Shown here one piece after another: positions 29,408 through 32,000 of a DNA stretch of 32,000 nt. This stretch comes from Nitrosospira multiformis ATCC 25196 (GTDB taxonomy: Bacteria; Pseudomonadota; Gammaproteobacteria; Burkholderiales; Nitrosomonadaceae). Position numbers and translations under genes: made by a program. The notes beneath the pieces were generated by a model, which was not told where the DNA came from, ran no database searches, and saw only the letters and a list, made by a program, of their open reading frames with translations. The stretch is taken from contig NC_007614.1 in assembly GCF_000196355.1 (NCBI RefSeq), positions 3,090,001-3,122,000 of the forward strand. Direction: 5' to 3'. Each line of letters opens with the position of its first letter. The stretch's first letter is position 1.

Positions 29408-30457
29408 CTACTGCTTCTCATCCCACAAATCCGCGCTGAGTCCATTCCTTGGCAGGGCCAGACCAAAATGCTGATACGCGATGGACGTCGCCATCCGTCC
29501 GCGCGGCGTGCGCTTCATATATCCTTGCTGGATCAGATAGGGCTCGAGCACGTCTTCTATGGTTCCGCGCTCTTCGCTGATGGCGGCGGCGAGGTTATCG
29601 ACACCGACCGGACCGCCGCCGAATTTTTCCATTACGGTAAGGAGCAGCTTTCTATCCATCACATCGAGTCCGATTGCATCCACATCCAGCATGAGCAGGG
29701 CAGCGTCGGCCACCTGGCGGTTGATACGGCCCTCCGCCTTGACTTCCGCGAAGTCACGCACACGTCGTAGAAGACGATTGACAACGCGAGGCGTTCCACG
29801 CGAACGGCGCGCAATTTCAGTGGCGCCATCGGGAGAGATGTCTGCTCCCAACAATGCAGCGGAACGCATGACGATCTGGGTGAGTTCTTCGACGGAGTAA
29901 AATTCCAGGCGCGAAATGATGCCAAAACGATCGCGCAGCGGATTGGTCAACATTCCGGCGCGGGTCGTTGCGCCGACCAGGGTAAAAGGCGGCAAATCAA
30001 GCTTGACCGAACGGGCCGCAGGGCCTTCGCCGATCATGATGTCTAGCTGGTAATCCTCCAGTGCGGGATAGAGAATTTCCTCCACGACCGGGGAGAGACG
30101 ATGGATTTCATCTATGAACAAAACATCGTTGGGCTCGAGATTGGTCAGCAGGGCCGCAAGATCGCCGGGACGTTCCAACACTGGGCCGGAGGTCTGGCGC
30201 AGCCCCACGCCCATCTCCTTGGCAACGATGTGCGCAAGGGTGGTTTTACCAAGGCCGGGCGGACCAAACAGCAGTACATGATCGAGCGCTTCCCTGCGCC
30301 GCCTGGCTGCCTCGATGAATATCTGTAGCTGTCCGCGAATTTTTTCCTGGCCTATGTATTCGGCCAGATGCTTCGGCCGCAGCGCCCGCTCCAGATCCTC
30401 TTCTTTTAACGAGAGGGGCGCAGGGGTAATCAAGCGGTCTGTTTCTATCATTCCCAA
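29408..30457 (-). CDS. ruvB: Holliday junction branch migration ATPase RuvB
   Basis: [74 protein letters not shown]. Confidence 0.98.
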   Translation of the reverse strand: MGMIETDRLITPAPLSLKEEDLERALRPKHLAEYIGQEKIRGQLQIFIEAARRRREALDHVLLFGPPGLGKTTLAHIVAKEMGVGLRQTSGPVLERPGDLAALLTNLEPNDVLFIDEIHRLSPVVEEILYPALEDYQLDIMIGEGPAARSVKLDLPPFTLVGATTRAGMLTNPLRDRFGIISRLEFYSVEELTQIVMRSAALLGADISPDGATEIARRSRGTPRVVNRLLRRVRDFAEVKAEGRINRQVADAALLMLDVDAIGLDVMDRKLLLTVMEKFGGGPVGVDNLAAAISEERGTIEDVLEPYLIQQGYMKRTPRGRMATSIAYQHFGLALPRNGLSADLWDEKQ

Positions 30458-30559
30458 TTCAAAAAGCGCTATCTCCGCCAGGTTTTCTGCTGATCGAATT
30501 GAATCGGCGACCGGAGCGATAATCTGAAGGACAGGCTTTCCCCACCGCCGACAAAGACG

Positions 30560-31153
30560 TTATTTCTCTTTTGACAAGAACTTCAGTGCCTGTCTTATGC
30601 CGTCCGAAACGGAAAGATCCACGGATAGCTGACTGACCGCCCAATTGGCCTCGCGATCATTATACCCTAGAGACAACAGGGCATTCAGCACATCGCTTCC
30701 CATCGTTGAGGGCCGCCGGGCTCCCGCTGCGCCTGGAATCGCGGATACGCCCAAGTCAAGCTTGTCGCGCAATTCCAGCAGCAAGCGCTCTGCCGTCTTC
30801 TTGCCGATGCCGGGAATCCTGATCAGACGGGCAGGATCCTGATTGGACACTGTCTGATGCAAGTCAGCCACGCTCAGACCGGATAGCAAAGCCAGCGCGG
30901 TTCTCGCCCCAACACCGGAAATTTTTACGAGCTGGCGAAATGCCTGCCGCTCGCCTTCCGTAGCGAAACCGAAAAGCAAATGCGCGTCTTCGCGTACGAC
31001 GAAATGAGTGTGGAGCGTGATTTGCGTCCCGACGGCCGGCAGGTTGTAGAACGTGCTCATGGGTACGTCGATCTCATAGCCCACACCCTGGACATCAACC
31101 AGCACCAGCGGGGGAAATTTTTCCAGCAGGAGTCCGCTTATTCTCCCGATCAT
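30560..31153 (-). CDS. ruvA: Holliday junction branch migration protein RuvA
   Basis: [39 protein letters not shown]; helix-hairpin-helix [19 protein letters not shown]. Start at 31153. Confidence 0.96.
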   Translation of the reverse strand: MIGRISGLLLEKFPPLVLVDVQGVGYEIDVPMSTFYNLPAVGTQITLHTHFVVREDAHLLFGFATEGERQAFRQLVKISGVGARTALALLSGLSVADLHQTVSNQDPARLIRIPGIGKKTAERLLLELRDKLDLGVSAIPGAAGARRPSTMGSDVLNALLSLGYNDREANWAVSQLSVDLSVSDGIRQALKFLSKEK

Positions 31154-31668
31154 ATGAGACGCCCCTGTTTTACCCGGTAACCGGCGGTCGACAGGGCACC
31201 CAGTCCCAAGCCTCCATGGGCATGGCAAATAGCACAGGCAAGGGCATCGGCGGCATCCGATGCAGGCTGACCGGAGAGGCGCAATAACCGTCTTACCATT
31301 TCCTGTACCTGTTCTTTCCGCGCGTGGCCTTCACCGACCACCGCCTGCTTGATCTGCAGCGCCGTATACTCTGCAACGGACAGGTTATTCAGCACTGCCG
31401 TGCATATCGCCGCTCCCCGCGCCTGCCCGAGCATCAAGGTGGATTTGGGATTGACGTTGACAAACACCTGCTCGATCGCGACATGGTCAGGCTTGTGTTC
31501 CGCGATGACTTCGTTGAGGTGATCCATGATGGATTTGAGGCGCAACGGCAATTCACCCTCTACTGTCCTGATGCGGCCACTGCTGACGTAGACCAGTTTG
31601 CCGCCGGTTTTGTCGATGATTCCAAAACCGGTTAGCCGCAGACCTGGGTCTATACCTAGTATACGGAT
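31150..31668 (-). CDS. ruvC: Crossover junction endodeoxyribonuclease RuvC; apparent non-canonical start
   Basis: Frame reads (I)[45 protein letters not shown]...[22 protein letters not shown]...QVKQ-type [10 protein letters not shown]...[13 protein letters not shown]. The ORF track begins only at TTG 31551, which drops the catalytic N-terminus. Coding identity is secure; start is inferred at ATC 31666-31668. Confidence 0.88.
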   Translation of the reverse strand: MRILGIDPGLRLTGFGIIDKTGGKLVYVSSGRIRTVEGELPLRLKSIMDHLNEVIAEHKPDHVAIEQVFVNVNPKSTLMLGQARGAAICTAVLNNLSVAEYTALQIKQAVVGEGHARKEQVQEMVRRLLRLSGQPASDAADALACAICHAHGGLGLGALSTAGYRVKQGRLI

Positions 31669-31705
31669 TTTATTGCCTTTTATTTTCCGGGCGGAAAACC
31701 CCTGC

Positions 31706-32000
31706 TCAGTCGATCACCGCGGTTGTATAGACTTCCTGTACATCGTCGATGCTTTCCAAAGCATCGAGCAGCTTTTGCATTTTTACCGAATCGTCCCCGG
31801 TCAATTCGGTTTCATTGACGGGCTTCATGGTCACTTCGGCGAGTTCCGCCTTGAACCCTGCTTTTTCCAGCGCTTCCTTCACCGCGACAAATTCGTACGG
31901 CGCGGTGATGACTTCGATGCTGCCATCATCATGGGCGATAATGTCCTCGGCGCCGGCTTCCAGGGCTACTTCCATCAGTTTGTCTTCATCCGTGCCCGGC
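31706..32000 (-). CDS. yebC: YebC/PmpR-family DNA-binding regulatory protein, C-terminal part (runs off window end)
   Basis: [39 protein letters not shown]...[22 protein letters not shown]; expected position upstream of ruvC. Confidence 0.94.
   Translation of the reverse strand, partial: PGTDEDKLMEVALEAGAEDIIAHDDGSIEVITAPYEFVAVKEALEKAGFKAELAEVTMKPVNETELTGDDSVKMQKLLDALESIDDVQEVYTTAVID

Noticed and set aside
31150-31551. ORF-track ruvC start at TTG 31551
   Set aside because: Would delete the conserved ILGIDPG catalytic strand; the frame remains open and RuvC-like for 39 codons upstream.
1-32000. Search for phage, transposase, toxin-antitoxin, restriction or other defence genes
   Set aside because: Nearly all recognised frames are housekeeping, signalling or envelope genes; nothing supports a defence or mobile module here.

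Overview
This 32 kb window is ordinary, densely coded chromosome from a betaproteobacterium (gene content suggests Nitrosomonadaceae / Nitrosospira-like; inference only). Order: hemD(partial)-hemC on -, ppc, miaB on +, a minus-strand signalling pair (BarA-type hybrid kinase plus REC-GGDEF protein), then phoH(ybeZ)-ybeY-corC-atypical inorganic pyrophosphatase-uup and two monoheme cytochromes c on +, then minus-strand DUF1841-nth-rnfB-like-pyrD, a secreted 42-aa-repeat TPR protein on +, and a long minus-strand run bpt-aat-queC-queE-cpoB-pal-tolB-tolA-tolR-tolQ-ybgC-ruvB-ruvA-ruvC-yebC(partial). I see no CRISPR array, prophage, transposase, tRNA, rRNA or defence island. I do not find a convincing new multi-gene system. 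The best leads are: (1) ruvC has no ATG/GTG/TTG codon that can include its conserved catalytic N-terminus, and an ATC codon sits exactly where the start Met should be; (2) a pyrophosphatase-family protein with the core metal-binding Asp residues kept but several substrate-site residues changed, placed where lnt usually follows corC; (3) a signalling module wedged between miaB and phoH, with mutually exclusive inverted repeats just ahead of the kinase start; (4) an orphan, apparently soluble RnfB-like ferredoxin next to nth.
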